A stretch of DNA of 64,000 bases from Desulfatiglandales bacterium (lineage in GTDB: Bacteria; Desulfobacterota; DSM-4660; Desulfatiglandales; HGW-15), in assembly GCA_963667015.2 (NCBI GenBank), contig CAXXJJ010000001.1:2016001-2080000 (forward strand). Direction: 5' to 3'. The first letter of the stretch is position 1. Every line of letters begins with the position of its first letter. The position numbers and the translations under genes are program-made. The notes beneath the pieces were generated by a model, which did no database searches, had not been told where the DNA came from, and saw only the letters and a program-made list of their open reading frames with translations. Below are positions 9,190 to 19,689 of this stretch, piece after piece.

Positions 9190-9744
9190 GTGGAACACTA
9201 TATGATAATAGTGCGATTTGGTCAAATAATTTGTGATAATTTGACTATAATATAAATTATATCATTTGATAAGTTTTGTAGAAATAATGAAAAGACAGGA
9301 TTTAAGGATTCAAGGGGCCGAGGATTTCCCTAAAACTGCTCGGGATTTAAAACGAGTGAAAAGGCAAATTCAAAATTCAATATTTCCGGCTTCGTTTTTT
9401 GCTAAGCCGTGCGAGGGCAGTCAGGGGGAAAGCGGGATGATGCATTTCTATGATTCGTAATTATTTCAACCGATATGTTTCAGCGCCGCCGGATTGGATG
9501 GATTTCCAAAGTCCTGATACCGGATATCAATATTATTGGCTTTTACCTTTCCTTCTGTCATTTTGCCCTCCTTTTGCGAAATATTTCATTAAAATATCTT
9601 TTAAATAACACATTAACTTCATTGATGAAATACTCTTCACGCCAGAACAGGTCTTTTGTTTTTATTTTTATTTTGATTAAATGGATAAGGCTGGTGTCTA
9701 TAAATTTAATAGTTTTAACTGACAGTAAGTAAAGGAGGCACATT

Positions 9745-10437
9745 ATGATTAACAGGCATCAAAGCGAAATGAAAAGATACAATTGCGGTTTCAGGGCAGG
9801 CCGGATTGCTTTATATTTAACACTGGTGCTGGCAGTGGTTGTCCTGAACGGCTGCCACTCCGAATCCGACAACGACCCGTTACCGAGATACCATACGGAA
9901 ATCATAAGCGATGTGGACTATGATGGTGACATCGGGCTTGATTTTGATGATACCTACAGCGTCACTTCAGCCGCAGACACAGGCAGTGTTCTGGCCGGGG
10001 TCGATCCGGTATCAGGTGAAGAATTCCGCGGTTTTCTTGATTTTCCTCTCGGAGGCGTGGACGGTGTTCCATCGGATGCTATCATTGAATCGGCGACCCT
10101 GGAGATCTATATCATCGGGACAAGCGATTCATCACCCGACGAAATTTTTCCATTCCTCATTGATCTGGTCGATTTTCAGCCGCCATATCTTATTGAAAGC
10201 GATTTCAACCGGGTAAGCCAGCCCCCGCTGCTCACATTGCCCGTCGATTTTTACCCTTCGGATGTCGGCAGTTACGTGGTTATCGATGTGACAGCGCTGA
10301 TGAGTGAAGCACAGACTCAGAGGCTGCCTGATCTGCAGTTGAGGTTTCTGTTAGATTTTACAGCAGATTCAGGCCTCATCGAAATTGATGACACTGATAT
10401 TGATACTGCGCCGCTGTTGAAAGTGACTTACTACTGA
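9745..10437 (+). CDS. Hypothetical acidic lipoprotein (DNRLRE-like beta domain possible)
   Basis: AGGAGG RBS; lipobox LNGC; EFRGFLDFPL...AIIESATLEIY...IDVTALM...PLLKVTY pattern. Confidence 0.7.
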   Translation: MINRHQSEMKRYNCGFRAGRIALYLTLVLAVVVLNGCHSESDNDPLPRYHTEIISDVDYDGDIGLDFDDTYSVTSAADTGSVLAGVDPVSGEEFRGFLDFPLGGVDGVPSDAIIESATLEIYIIGTSDSSPDEIFPFLIDLVDFQPPYLIESDFNRVSQPPLLTLPVDFYPSDVGSYVVIDVTALMSEAQTQRLPDLQLRFLLDFTADSGLIEIDDTDIDTAPLLKVTYY

Positions 10438-10573
10438 TACCTGTAAAGGGGGCAGGAGAGATCGTATTTAAACAGAAAATCTTTCCTGTTACCGGGCAAT
10501 CATTTCCTTATAAAAACACCTTGAGAGGATATCACTATCGGTTAACTTATTGTATTTATAGCATTTGTTATTA

Positions 10574-10590
10574 TCGGCACGCTGTTTGCT
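10574..10590 (+). promoter_or_regulatory. Sigma54 (-24/-12) promoter
   Basis: TCGGCACGCTGTTTGCT, GG-N10-GC, near consensus; IHF-like TAACTTATTGTATTT about 30 bp upstream. Confidence 0.75.
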
Positions 10591-10642
10591 AAAAGCAGAC
10601 GTAAGGGGTGAAATCTATAATAAAGATTAAGGAGATATTGTT

Positions 10643-11200
10643 ATGTGTATCTCAGGTTTCCATTTGCCCCTGAATACTCTTACCAGTGGTTTATCACAGG
10701 AAAGACCGTCACGTCCCGGCAGTCCGCCATCTGTTAAAAAGACAAAATCCTTCAGTCTTCAGATTACTGATGAGAGCATGAAGGTTTCCCAAAACCAGAC
10801 CGGTACTATGTCTGCTGAGCTGCCATATTTCGCTAATATAATGTATTACAATGAATTTCCCCTGGAATCCTTGTCCTTACCGGGATGGTCAAACAAATGG
10901 TTTTCTAAACTCAATGTAATGGCCCTGGATAAAGGGATGGAAAATATGGACTATCAGCAGAGGCAGTATGATGTGCTAAGTGCAAAAAAGAAGGATGAAC
11001 TTAACGAATACACTTTTGCTGTTCTGACCTGCATCACTGAAAGTCTGATAAAACATGGAATAAAAGACAGTGCAGATTATGCCAAGTTAATGCAGGATGA
11101 TGAAATGAGCGAAGAGGTTCATCAGGCGGTTACAAACTGCCTGGCTGATAATCCCCGAATTATGGAATTGATGCACTCTTTTGGCTTAACACTATTTTAA
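10643..11200 (+). CDS. Hypothetical protein
   Basis: 185-aa ORF with AAGGAG RBS, downstream of a sigma54 promoter. Confidence 0.65.
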   Translation: MCISGFHLPLNTLTSGLSQERPSRPGSPPSVKKTKSFSLQITDESMKVSQNQTGTMSAELPYFANIMYYNEFPLESLSLPGWSNKWFSKLNVMALDKGMENMDYQQRQYDVLSAKKKDELNEYTFAVLTCITESLIKHGIKDSADYAKLMQDDEMSEEVHQAVTNCLADNPRIMELMHSFGLTLF

Positions 11201-11331
11201 TGTGTAACTGGAGAGGGAAGGTGATTCAATATTCAGGATTGCTGAAACAGGGTGCAGGGATTCAAGGAGCCGGGAGGGCGAGTAAAAAGCAAGAATTTCT
11301 CCCTTTGGTCGAAATAACAGGAAAAAAGATA

Positions 11332-11811
11332 CTACAGTGTCTGCATGGCAGAATAGGAGCTTTCCAGCCGATCCTTGAGTAAAAGCACCAGTTTTTCCAA
11401 TACCTTTACCCGGATCTCAATATCTTTTTCCAGGAATATTCTTAAATCTTCTGTTGATATGGAAATTACTCTGGATGGCTTTTCACATCTTGCGGTGCAC
11501 ATCAGTACATGCTGTTCTCCAATAAGGGCGCTCCAGCTCCCTAAAAGCCTTCTGGAGGGTTTTTCTCTTGCCTCATAAACAGCTATGATCCCTTTGCGGT
11601 CATTAGCAAGCTGTATATTCCGATAGAGAGAAATGAGACCTTCAGACAGGATATACAGTCTGGTTCCGATATTCCCCTGTTTAAATATCTCATCACCAGG
11701 ATTGTACTCCTCAATTTTTCCCATTTCCGCAATTGACTGTAACTCATTGTCAGTGAGATGGTTGAATAACTCGCATTTTTTAAGGGTTTCAACAATTTTT
11801 TCTAATTCCAT
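11332..11811 (-). CDS. Cyclic-nucleotide-binding domain protein
   Basis: ELFNHL...YNPGDEIFKQG..G..LYILSEG.I...GSWSALIGE...TARC pattern; AAGGAG RBS. Confidence 0.88.
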   Translation of the reverse strand: MELEKIVETLKKCELFNHLTDNELQSIAEMGKIEEYNPGDEIFKQGNIGTRLYILSEGLISLYRNIQLANDRKGIIAVYEAREKPSRRLLGSWSALIGEQHVLMCTARCEKPSRVISISTEDLRIFLEKDIEIRVKVLEKLVLLLKDRLESSYSAMQTL

Positions 11812-12140
11812 GGTTCGCTCCTTTTCCTATGGATTTTTAGAAAAACTATCCTGAGACTAATAATATATGGGCGTTTCGGAAATGCTGTCTGTTATAACCT
11901 AGCCTTAAGATTTTTTATTAATTTCTTCCTGGTTTCTTCATCTTTAACAGACATAATTATACCATTCACGATTTTAAAAGCAAAAGTAATACCTGGAGAA
12001 GTGGAAGCAATAAAACAAATTCAAGGTTCAAGATTGTAAAAACCAGAAATCTGAAGTCGGGAATCGGATGTCAGAATGCTGTAAATATTTATTTCACTCC
12101 AGATCATATCCCTTATTGATGCCTGGACATAGATAATGAA

Positions 12141-12875
12141 TTAATTTATTTTACAAATGAGATCCCGAATTTCGGTTAGCACGGTCACCTGCTGGGGTGT
12201 CCATCCTGCCTCGTGTTGATGCTGATCCTCATCATCGCCCAGACCTGCCGATTTGGAGTGTCGCAGCCGGTTCAGGATTAGGTCTCTTATGGTCCTGGCG
12301 TCGGCGAGCCCTTCAAGCAGGCCCTGGTGTGAGAAGCCGGCCTGAGGACCGTTGGGGCCCTGTGCACCACTGCCGCCTCCGGCAGTGTGGACACGGATAT
12401 CGGAGATGCCGAAAAAGCGCTGGAGAGGACCCTGCCTGATAGTTACATTCTGGATATTTTCAAAGGTGATTGTGATTTCGTTAATAACCCAGATACCTCG
12501 ACGGATCCGCAGGCTTCGTTCTGTCATCACATACCAGGTGGTATCGTATCTGAGGTGAATCGCCAGGTAGGCGATAATGTCGGGCAGAAATGCAACGGCA
12601 AGAACGAGCGGTGTCAGCAGCAGACCCACTGCAGGAGTTGCTATGGTTACAGCAATCCATGGAATGATGATGACCGCATCGAGCAGGATGAGCAGTACCC
12701 AGAATTTGAACTTCAGGTACCGCAGAAAACCGGGGGCAGGGCGAAAGGAATCCATCTTTCCCCCGTCATGAACCGGCAGTGAGGGCGGTTGTTGGGGGAG
12801 TTTGAACCAGCGGGTCAGGATGCCCCAGAATCCTGTATAGAATTTAGCCGCAGCCCTCTCAACTGCCTGACTCAT
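12141..12875 (-). CDS. Membrane protein with bacterial PH domain (bPH_2, YdbS/YdbT-like)
   Basis: Two TM helices, then RIRRGIW...ITFENIQNVTIRQGPLQRFFGISDIRVHTAG. Confidence 0.85.
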   Translation of the reverse strand: MSQAVERAAAKFYTGFWGILTRWFKLPQQPPSLPVHDGGKMDSFRPAPGFLRYLKFKFWVLLILLDAVIIIPWIAVTIATPAVGLLLTPLVLAVAFLPDIIAYLAIHLRYDTTWYVMTERSLRIRRGIWVINEITITFENIQNVTIRQGPLQRFFGISDIRVHTAGGGSGAQGPNGPQAGFSHQGLLEGLADARTIRDLILNRLRHSKSAGLGDDEDQHQHEAGWTPQQVTVLTEIRDLICKIN

Positions 12876-13450
12876 GAGGTACTTCCTTTATCAGTCGCCG
12901 ATTTAACTGTTACCAGATTTTGCAGATGATCCCTGATCTCTACCAGTAATGACAGGACCTGTTCCTCATCTGTGCCCTGATGTCTGGAGTCTGCTTGTCC
13001 TCCGGCCGTTCCCGGTACAGCATCCGCTGGATTGTGATGGGCACCCCGCATTCGGGAGTACAGATGGTCTCTGAGTTTACCTGCCGCCAGTATGCCCTCG
13101 ATACTCATCTCCGGTTTGGCAGAGCCGGAAGCAGTCTGGATTGCAACCGTTGCCAGGCCAAGCCAGCGTTGAATTATATTTCGGGACAGATGTATATCCT
13201 GTATGCGGCGATAGGTGAGATGAATTTCTCTGCGGAAGAGAATGCCCCAGCTCATTGAGATGCCGCTCTCGTCAAAGGAATATTTAAGGGTGTGATATTT
13301 GAAAAATAGCGGTATCAGGGGAAAGATAAAAAAGGGGCCTGCCAGAAAAGAGGTGATGATGTAATATGTGAGCAGCACCGGGGCAGGCCGTGTTATCCTT
13401 GAGACATCAAGGCCTCCCTGATCAATTGTATTTTGTTTCTGTGCTTGCAT
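12872..13450 (-). CDS. Membrane protein with bacterial PH domain (bPH_2, YdbS-like)
   Basis: GILFRREIHLTYRRIQDIHL..NIIQRWLGLATVAIQTAS; 4-bp overlap with its paralog. Confidence 0.85.
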   Translation of the reverse strand: MQAQKQNTIDQGGLDVSRITRPAPVLLTYYIITSFLAGPFFIFPLIPLFFKYHTLKYSFDESGISMSWGILFRREIHLTYRRIQDIHLSRNIIQRWLGLATVAIQTASGSAKPEMSIEGILAAGKLRDHLYSRMRGAHHNPADAVPGTAGGQADSRHQGTDEEQVLSLLVEIRDHLQNLVTVKSATDKGSTS

Positions 13451-13485
13451 GATCAGCCTCCCTGAAAAAGTAAACTTTAATAATG

Positions 13486-13926
13486 TTACTTTTCAGTATG
13501 TTTCAACAGGCGGGAGTAAAAATCAGGGCTGTGCTGTATCCCTGTGGTTCGATCTTCATATGCCTTGCCGCTTTTTTCCGGATCAATAATACAGATAAGA
13601 GGCAGCGGAATCTCGCTCAAACCCCGTGCAGTGCGGTACCATTCTTTGCTTTTATCTGCATCCGAAAACCATAAAACGAAGTTGTCCTCAAGCAGTGCCT
13701 TAACCGGTGGCTTCATGGATTCAAAAACCTGTGTCCGCATATATTTACAGCTTCCACAGCTGTCTCTTCCGACAAAGAGCAGGATCTTCTTTTTTTCGGG
13801 TATGGCCCTGGAAAAGGCCGATTCTGCAGAGGTTGACCATTTCAATTCTCCTGCTAGAGAGTAACTTACCCCTGAAAAAAAGGATATTAACAAAATAAAA
13901 CCTGAAAGCATTTTTGTTTTAAGCAT
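13486..13926 (-). CDS. Exported thioredoxin-family protein
   Basis: Signal peptide; KKILLFVGRDSCGSC (CxxC). Confidence 0.8.
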   Translation of the reverse strand: MLKTKMLSGFILLISFFSGVSYSLAGELKWSTSAESAFSRAIPEKKKILLFVGRDSCGSCKYMRTQVFESMKPPVKALLEDNFVLWFSDADKSKEWYRTARGLSEIPLPLICIIDPEKSGKAYEDRTTGIQHSPDFYSRLLKHTEK

Positions 13927-14009
13927 TTGTTCCCCGGTAAAACGTTATGTGGTCAGCCCTTCATTCCTGACAGGTATAAATATTCCATAAACCTGAATAT
14001 TCTATTTTA

Positions 14010-14525
14010 TTATAAAAGATAAAATTTTATATCCTTGTCTTCTTTTTCATTATCAAAAAATTCGCATCCGATATAATTATTTTTTACTGCCTTTACAATG
14101 ACCTTTTTCTCGACTTTAGTTGAAACTGAGTTATCAAGATTAAATTTAACGAGCAGGATTTCCCCCGGTTTTATAATTCCGCTTGTTGAGCGGCCGGTCA
14201 GAAAGATTCCCAGACCGTTTGGCGAGATATTTATTATCATGCAGCCGGCTATTAATGTGTCCTGCGCGCTTACGTTCAGTATCTTTTCCGGTTTGGAGTT
14301 TTGATCGGCGCATGCCCTGTTTATTACTCCGGTTAAATGAACATTTTTCCTGAATTTAGCTCTTAATTCACGCTGAACAACAAATTTTGCCCCGCACCTG
14401 CATTTGACAATAAAATAAAATTTTTTAGGTAGTTTTTCAACCAATACAGTTTTATTAGTATTACATGAAGGGCATTGAATTTTAACTGATTTATCTTCCG
14501 CTATGTTAATTTTTTGATATTCCAT
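14010..14525 (-). CDS. Zn-ribbon + PilZ domain protein
   Basis: CPSC...CRCG, RAKFRK (RxxxR), NISPNG (D/NxSxxG), YIGCEF. Confidence 0.8.
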   Translation of the reverse strand: MEYQKINIAEDKSVKIQCPSCNTNKTVLVEKLPKKFYFIVKCRCGAKFVVQRELRAKFRKNVHLTGVINRACADQNSKPEKILNVSAQDTLIAGCMIINISPNGLGIFLTGRSTSGIIKPGEILLVKFNLDNSVSTKVEKKVIVKAVKNNYIGCEFFDNEKEDKDIKFYLL

Positions 14526-14565
14526 TTTGAACCCATAATTATAATATACTCTGGAAACCTTTTCT

Positions 14566-14970
14566 TTATCGAACCCCCAGTATCTGATAACCATGCTCTT
14601 TAAAATATTTACATGCAGTCATTATCTTTGATTTGCTATCTCCAATATTCGCGGCAATATGCTCAATCTTGGAGTACTCTCCCTTATCCAGCCAGATTCC
14701 TCCGCATCCCGGGCATCTGTCCACAAGAAGGTCGTTTGATTGAACAAATTTCATTGTTTCTAAACTATCACCGCAGCGCGGACAAGCGTACTCCGTTTTT
14801 TTGGCCTCTTTCTTCACTTCTTCAATTTGAGGCATATCAACGGGCAACTCCATCGTAAAGGCTATTTCATCCTTATCAAACCATATCCCCTTGCAGGCCG
14901 AACAAAAGTCCACCTCTACTCCCTCAATCTTCATTTCGTGAGTCACGCCTTTACATTTTGGGCAGTTCAT
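14566..14970 (-). CDS. Double zf-TFIIB-like zinc-ribbon protein
   Basis: Two CPxC...DxCxxCxGIWxDxxE repeats; AGGAGG RBS. Confidence 0.85.
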   Translation of the reverse strand: MNCPKCKGVTHEMKIEGVEVDFCSACKGIWFDKDEIAFTMELPVDMPQIEEVKKEAKKTEYACPRCGDSLETMKFVQSNDLLVDRCPGCGGIWLDKGEYSKIEHIAANIGDSKSKIMTACKYFKEHGYQILGVR

Positions 14971-15224
14971 AAAACACCTCCTTACAGTGTCTGGTACTGA
15001 CTAAAAAAGAAATGGTTAAATGTATAAGACTTCCTGTTTCAGGTGAGTGTATCCAAAGATATTTTTACGTCTGTAAACAATGTTAGTCAAGGAATATTGA
15101 TTATTTGGGATTTAATATGCTTCAGGCTCTCTGCAGGCTGACCGCAATTATCCATTTTTTTATGGAAACACAACGGAATATAATGATAGGTTGAATAAAC
15201 AGCAGATAGATCAAGAGGAAAGAT

Positions 15225-16646
15225 ATGCCAGAAGAGGCCTCGAAAAAACCAGATAGCATTAAATCATCAAAATGGCTGATCTTAGGAGCGGTGATGCTGG
15301 GTGTCATCATGGGTCCGATCGATGCGAGTATCGTTAATGTTGTGCTGCCTTCTATTGCCGTTGATTTTCAGGTGGACTATGCCCTGGCACAATGGGTTCC
15401 TACCATATACCTGCTGGCGATCTGTTCCTTTATCCTGTTTTACGGCCGATTGGGAGACATCTATGGTTATAAAAAGGTCTTTCTTACCGGCTTAATCTGT
15501 TTCGGCATTTCATCTCTGCTCTGTGGATTTTCACATAATATCTGGATGTTGATTTTATTCAGGGCATTACAGGGATTAACGATAGCCATGCAGATGGCAC
15601 TGGGTATGGCGATCGTCACAGCTGCCTTTCCACCAAAGGAAAGAGGTAAAGCAATAGGCATATACGCAAGCGGTATCGCGGTCGGGTTGATGCTTGGGCC
15701 GGTTCTGGGAGGCGTGATTGCCCATTTTTTAAGCTGGCGATTTGTGTTTTTTATCAATGTACCAATCGCCTTTTTCGCAACTATACTGGGATATCGTGTC
15801 ATTCCCGCAGGGAAAAGGAATCCGGAACAGCGTCTGGATATCGCAGGCGCTTTGTCGGCGTTTATCTTCCTCTTCAGCATGATGCTCTATGCCAACCGGG
15901 CAAAAAACTGGGGCTGGTTTTCAGAGACAGGTATCACCATTCTGGTGATTATAATCGTATTTGGATGCTTATTCTTCAGGACTGAACTGAAATCCGCCCA
16001 TCCCATGTTGAACCTCTCCATCTTTAAAAGCCAGCGGTTCAGTTTCGCCTGTTTGAGTTCTTTATTAAATTTTGTGGCTTTATACAGCATCACATTTCTG
16101 ACACCCTGGTTTTTAGCAGACGCCCTGGCGTACGATGCCTTCAGGATCGGAACTGCCATGATGGCATTCGCCGTTGTGACATTCTTTATGGGGCCCATAA
16201 GCGGGGCACTTTCCGACCGGATCGGATCAAGGGGCCTTGGATTTACAGGGATGATCATTCTCAGTACAGGTTTGTTTATGTTTAGCAGATTGACTGCTGA
16301 AGCCAAAACGATTGACATTGTCTGGCGGCTGGCAGTCTGCGGGCTGGGAGGAGGTCTATTCCAGAGTCCTATGAACAGTGCGGCCATGGGCAGTGTTCCT
16401 GATCAGTTTAGGGGTGTTGCTTCCAGTATCCTGGCAATGATGCGCAATGTAGGTATGGTGTTTGGGATAGCTGTATCAGGTACGATTGTATACAATGTAG
16501 CTCCCTTCACCACTCAGGGGCACACCGGATTATTCACACCGGACCAGCTGGGGATTTTTCTTAGTGGTCTCAAATGGGCATTTATGGCATCATCCGGAGT
16601 CGCCATCCTTTCAGCTGTAACGGCATTGTTCGCTAAAGCTGAATAG
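15225..16646 (+). CDS. MFS drug/H+ antiporter (DHA2/EmrB-QacA type, 14 TM)
   Basis: IDASIVNVVLP, GRLGDIYGYKK, WRFVFFINVP motifs. Confidence 0.92.
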   Translation: MPEEASKKPDSIKSSKWLILGAVMLGVIMGPIDASIVNVVLPSIAVDFQVDYALAQWVPTIYLLAICSFILFYGRLGDIYGYKKVFLTGLICFGISSLLCGFSHNIWMLILFRALQGLTIAMQMALGMAIVTAAFPPKERGKAIGIYASGIAVGLMLGPVLGGVIAHFLSWRFVFFINVPIAFFATILGYRVIPAGKRNPEQRLDIAGALSAFIFLFSMMLYANRAKNWGWFSETGITILVIIIVFGCLFFRTELKSAHPMLNLSIFKSQRFSFACLSSLLNFVALYSITFLTPWFLADALAYDAFRIGTAMMAFAVVTFFMGPISGALSDRIGSRGLGFTGMIILSTGLFMFSRLTAEAKTIDIVWRLAVCGLGGGLFQSPMNSAAMGSVPDQFRGVASSILAMMRNVGMVFGIAVSGTIVYNVAPFTTQGHTGLFTPDQLGIFLSGLKWAFMASSGVAILSAVTALFAKAE

Positions 16647-16720
16647 AAAAGACAGGCTGTCAGGATTTTTTGTATTTCCTTCAGCCCTCAGCCTAAAATG
16701 CTTCAGCCTTCTTATACATC

Positions 16721-16749
16721 TTGACACACAATTATCTCCTCCATATACT
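16721..16749 (+). promoter_or_regulatory. Sigma70 promoter of the selenoprotein gene
   Basis: TTGACA-N17-TATACT. Confidence 0.75.
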
Positions 16750-16809
16750 CAGCTTCTGAAAGGGTAGTTTTTATCAGCGAACTATATACTTATGAAATGG
16801 AGGTACAAA

Positions 16810-18510
16810 TTGACCAAAAAGTTATGTTCCATAATTTTAATTATTTTTTTCATTGCTGCCTGCTCAAATGAGCAGGTTTCTGAAAAAAAACAGGAGGTGA
16901 CGCAAGCTCCTCAAGCTCCTTCTGAAAAAAAAATCAAGGTATTGAATCCGACACCACCCAACAGGAAGGTCGATCGTATACCACTAATCCCCAGGCTCAA
17001 GACACTGGAAGGCAAGACAATATTTTTGGTGGATATCGGCTGGGGCGGTAAAGATGCGGCTCCCAGTATTTACAAAGAAATAAAAGACTGGTTTGCCCAG
17101 AATATTCCCAGTGTAAAAATAGAGGTTAGAGGAGTTAAAGGTTTTTACACACAGGAACAGCCGGAACTCCTTAAGGAAATATCCGAAAAGGGAGATGCGG
17201 CCATGTTCGGGATAGCCGGTTGAGACAGCTGTATTTCGGCCGTGAGCCGAAACTGTAGAGACCTGGAACAGCAGTACGGTATCCCCGCTATAGGGGGCTC
17301 TGCTTCAAATATCGTAGATTATGGACTGGGTTACAATCTGGACTTTAACAACGGATCGCCCATAAGGTATTTAGGCTTTCCTTTTCCTGTTGCCGGGCAG
17401 CCCCAGGAAATCCACCATAAATATATCTTTGAGGGCAATGACACTGTAAGCGGAAAACCCATGATGCAGGCATTCATCGACGCATTGACCTCCCCCCTTA
17501 CTGATGATGAAAAATATAAAGGCCCAGCTTTTGATCAACCGGAACCAATACTCTCTTTCGGGCCGGACACCGAAGAAAACCTTCAGCAGCTTTTCAGGGA
17601 CAATGACTGGACAGATTATCTTCCTATTATTCTTCCTACCGAAGAACGTGTAGCAAAAATGCTGGAAGGTACAAGCCACGACCGCAAAGAAATCATAAAG
17701 GTGCTGGACTGGCCCGGAGGCCGAAGGGAGGTTACTGTTGAAAGGGTAGCAATATGCGCTGTTATGTCAGGCGCCAAGCCCGAACATCTTCCGGTGATAC
17801 TGGCACTTGCCAACCATATACCCTTTGGAAACTCAACGTCTTCCATGGCAAACATGATCCTGGTTAACGGGCCCATACGCGATGAAATAGGCATGAACTA
17901 TGGTCACAATGTCATGGGGCCCCATAATCTGGCCAATTCGGTTATCGGCCGCAGTTACACAATCATGTCGAAAACCATCGGCGGTCTCCACAGCAAAAAA
18001 ACAACCTGGAGCACCCTGGGAAGCACCATGCAGTATAACAATGTGTGCATAGCCGAAAACGAGGAGGCAATGCCCGAAGGATGGAAGCCTTATCATGTGC
18101 AGGCAGGATTCAAACCCAATGACAATGTTTTAACCGTGGCGACCGGCTGGTCATATATCTCATGTGTAACAGAAGCCCAGAGGGGGTATTCTGTTTATGA
18201 GTGGATGGGCGACCTGATGAAGGCCCTTACAATGGGCCGAGCCACAGTCATTATGGATCCGACTGTTGCCGAGCTTCTCAAGGATACATATGGTTTTAAG
18301 ACCAAAGAGCAGCTGATTAAATGGTTTGCGGAAAATGTTGAAAAAACCATGCCGGCTACCGGACAGAAGGCAAAACCCTTCAGTGAATCCTCTGTAAATA
18401 TTATTGTTACAGGTGGCGGTGGTCAGACAACATGGTTTGTTACGGATTTCATGATGAATCGGGGTATGGTTTCCATGGGAGGAAGTACAAACATCGACGA
18501 ATGGAGGTAG
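16810..18510 (+). CDS. UGSC-family-like selenoprotein (UxxC motif), lipoprotein; single CDS read through TGA 17221-17223
   Basis: ORFs 16792-17223 and 17242-18510 are in the same frame. Read-through gives GIAG-U-DSCISAVSRNCRDLEQQYGIP. A SECIS-like hairpin follows the TGA. TTG start at 16810 after GGAGG; lipobox IAAC. Confidence 0.85.
17224..17256 (+). promoter_or_regulatory. Bacterial SECIS-like stem-loop
   Basis: TTTCGGC-CGTGA-GCCGAAA 7-bp stem shortly after the UGA, with an outer ACAG/CTGT pairing. Confidence 0.7.
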
Positions 18511-18566
18511 GAAAGCAGGCTATCAGGCTGTAGGCTGAAGGCTGTTAGTAAAAACTCTATATAATT

Positions 18567-18606
18567 ACAAAACCCCGCTTCTGTGAAAATGGAAGCGGGG
18601 TTTTGT
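18567..18606. terminator. Rho-independent terminator (bidirectional type)
   Basis: ACAAAACCCCGCTTC...GAAGCGGGGTTTTGT between convergent genes; near-copy at 22781-22820. Confidence 0.8.
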
Positions 18607-18743
18607 GTTTTTACGAATTATTGTTAATTGCTTTCCCTGACAGCCTTCCCTGGCCCGGCATAGCCCTGGGCGACGACGGCAGCCTTTACCCCGTTAAATC
18701 CGCATAGCGGGCTGCAAAGCAGCATTTAACAGGGTGAACCGCT

Positions 18744-19673
18744 TCAGCCTTCTTTCTTTCTGCTCGCATAGCCAACCATCCAGGCCCCTGCGGCTATTAA
18801 AACTGCGCCCGAAACCAGTCCCTTATTCATTGCTTCCTCAAAGAACAGCCCTATAAGCAATGATGATCCTACAGGGATAAAATATGAAAAAGAGGCTATC
18901 AGGATAACTGGTCCGTTCTTGATGCTGATTTCATATAAAGAGTAGGCAATGCCTACCGGGCCGACTCCCCCGAACAGGATCCAGAAAAGCATTTCTCCTG
19001 ACCATGGGGGAATATTCTGCCAGTCATTGGCAACCGCCGCAAAAAGTGCAGATATTATTGCGCAAACGGCGAAATGAAAGGCTGTTCCTCCTTCTTCTTC
19101 CGTGATTTTCCATTTTCGCAGCAAAACAGCATAAAGCGCCCACAGGAAACCGCCGGAAAGCGCCAGGATGTGAGGGAGAAGGTTTGTTGGTAGATGTGTA
19201 ATGTAATTTAGGCCTCGTGATATAACAACACCGAAAAATCCCATCAGGATACCGGTGATTGCCAGTACTGCTCCGGGTCTGCTTTTAAGCAGTAACATTC
19301 CCAGCACTGCCATCCAGACAGGCCAGAGATAATTAAGCAGGTTAATCTGCCCGACATCCTGCTCCGCCGCAATGCCGAATGCCTTTGCAAGCATTACGGT
19401 GTACAGGGCTACGCCAAAGAAACCTGCAATTATTACCTTGAAGGGCAGGTGAACCATATTTGTTAAAGATTGTCCGCGCAGATACTGGAGCACGACGGCT
19501 GTGAGCGATCCGCAGCCGGTCATGAAGGTCAGGTAAACCATGGAAGATCCCATAACCTCAGAACCCCTGCGAAAGCATACACCGCTCATACACCATAGCA
19601 GGATCGCTATAATTCCGGGTGTAATGGAACTTCTATGTGACTGTAACTCCATGTTTTCGGTTTTAACCTTCAA
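18744..19673 (-). CDS. DMT/EamA-family transporter (YddG-like)
   Basis: About 10 TM helices; INLLNYLWP and SYFIPV motifs. Confidence 0.85.
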   Translation of the reverse strand: MKVKTENMELQSHRSSITPGIIAILLWCMSGVCFRRGSEVMGSSMVYLTFMTGCGSLTAVVLQYLRGQSLTNMVHLPFKVIIAGFFGVALYTVMLAKAFGIAAEQDVGQINLLNYLWPVWMAVLGMLLLKSRPGAVLAITGILMGFFGVVISRGLNYITHLPTNLLPHILALSGGFLWALYAVLLRKWKITEEEGGTAFHFAVCAIISALFAAVANDWQNIPPWSGEMLFWILFGGVGPVGIAYSLYEISIKNGPVILIASFSYFIPVGSSLLIGLFFEEAMNKGLVSGAVLIAAGAWMVGYASRKKEG

Positions 19674-19689
19674 CCCTGCGGGAACCGGG

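Noticed and set aside
9266..9743. Short ORFs 9266-9460, 9475-9732 and 9558-9743
   Set aside because: They overlap each other, cross intergenic repeats and AT-rich promoter-like DNA, and show no protein motifs.
11200..11382. 60-aa ORF
   Set aside because: It is made largely of intergenic repeat sequence and overlaps the convergent cNMP-domain gene.
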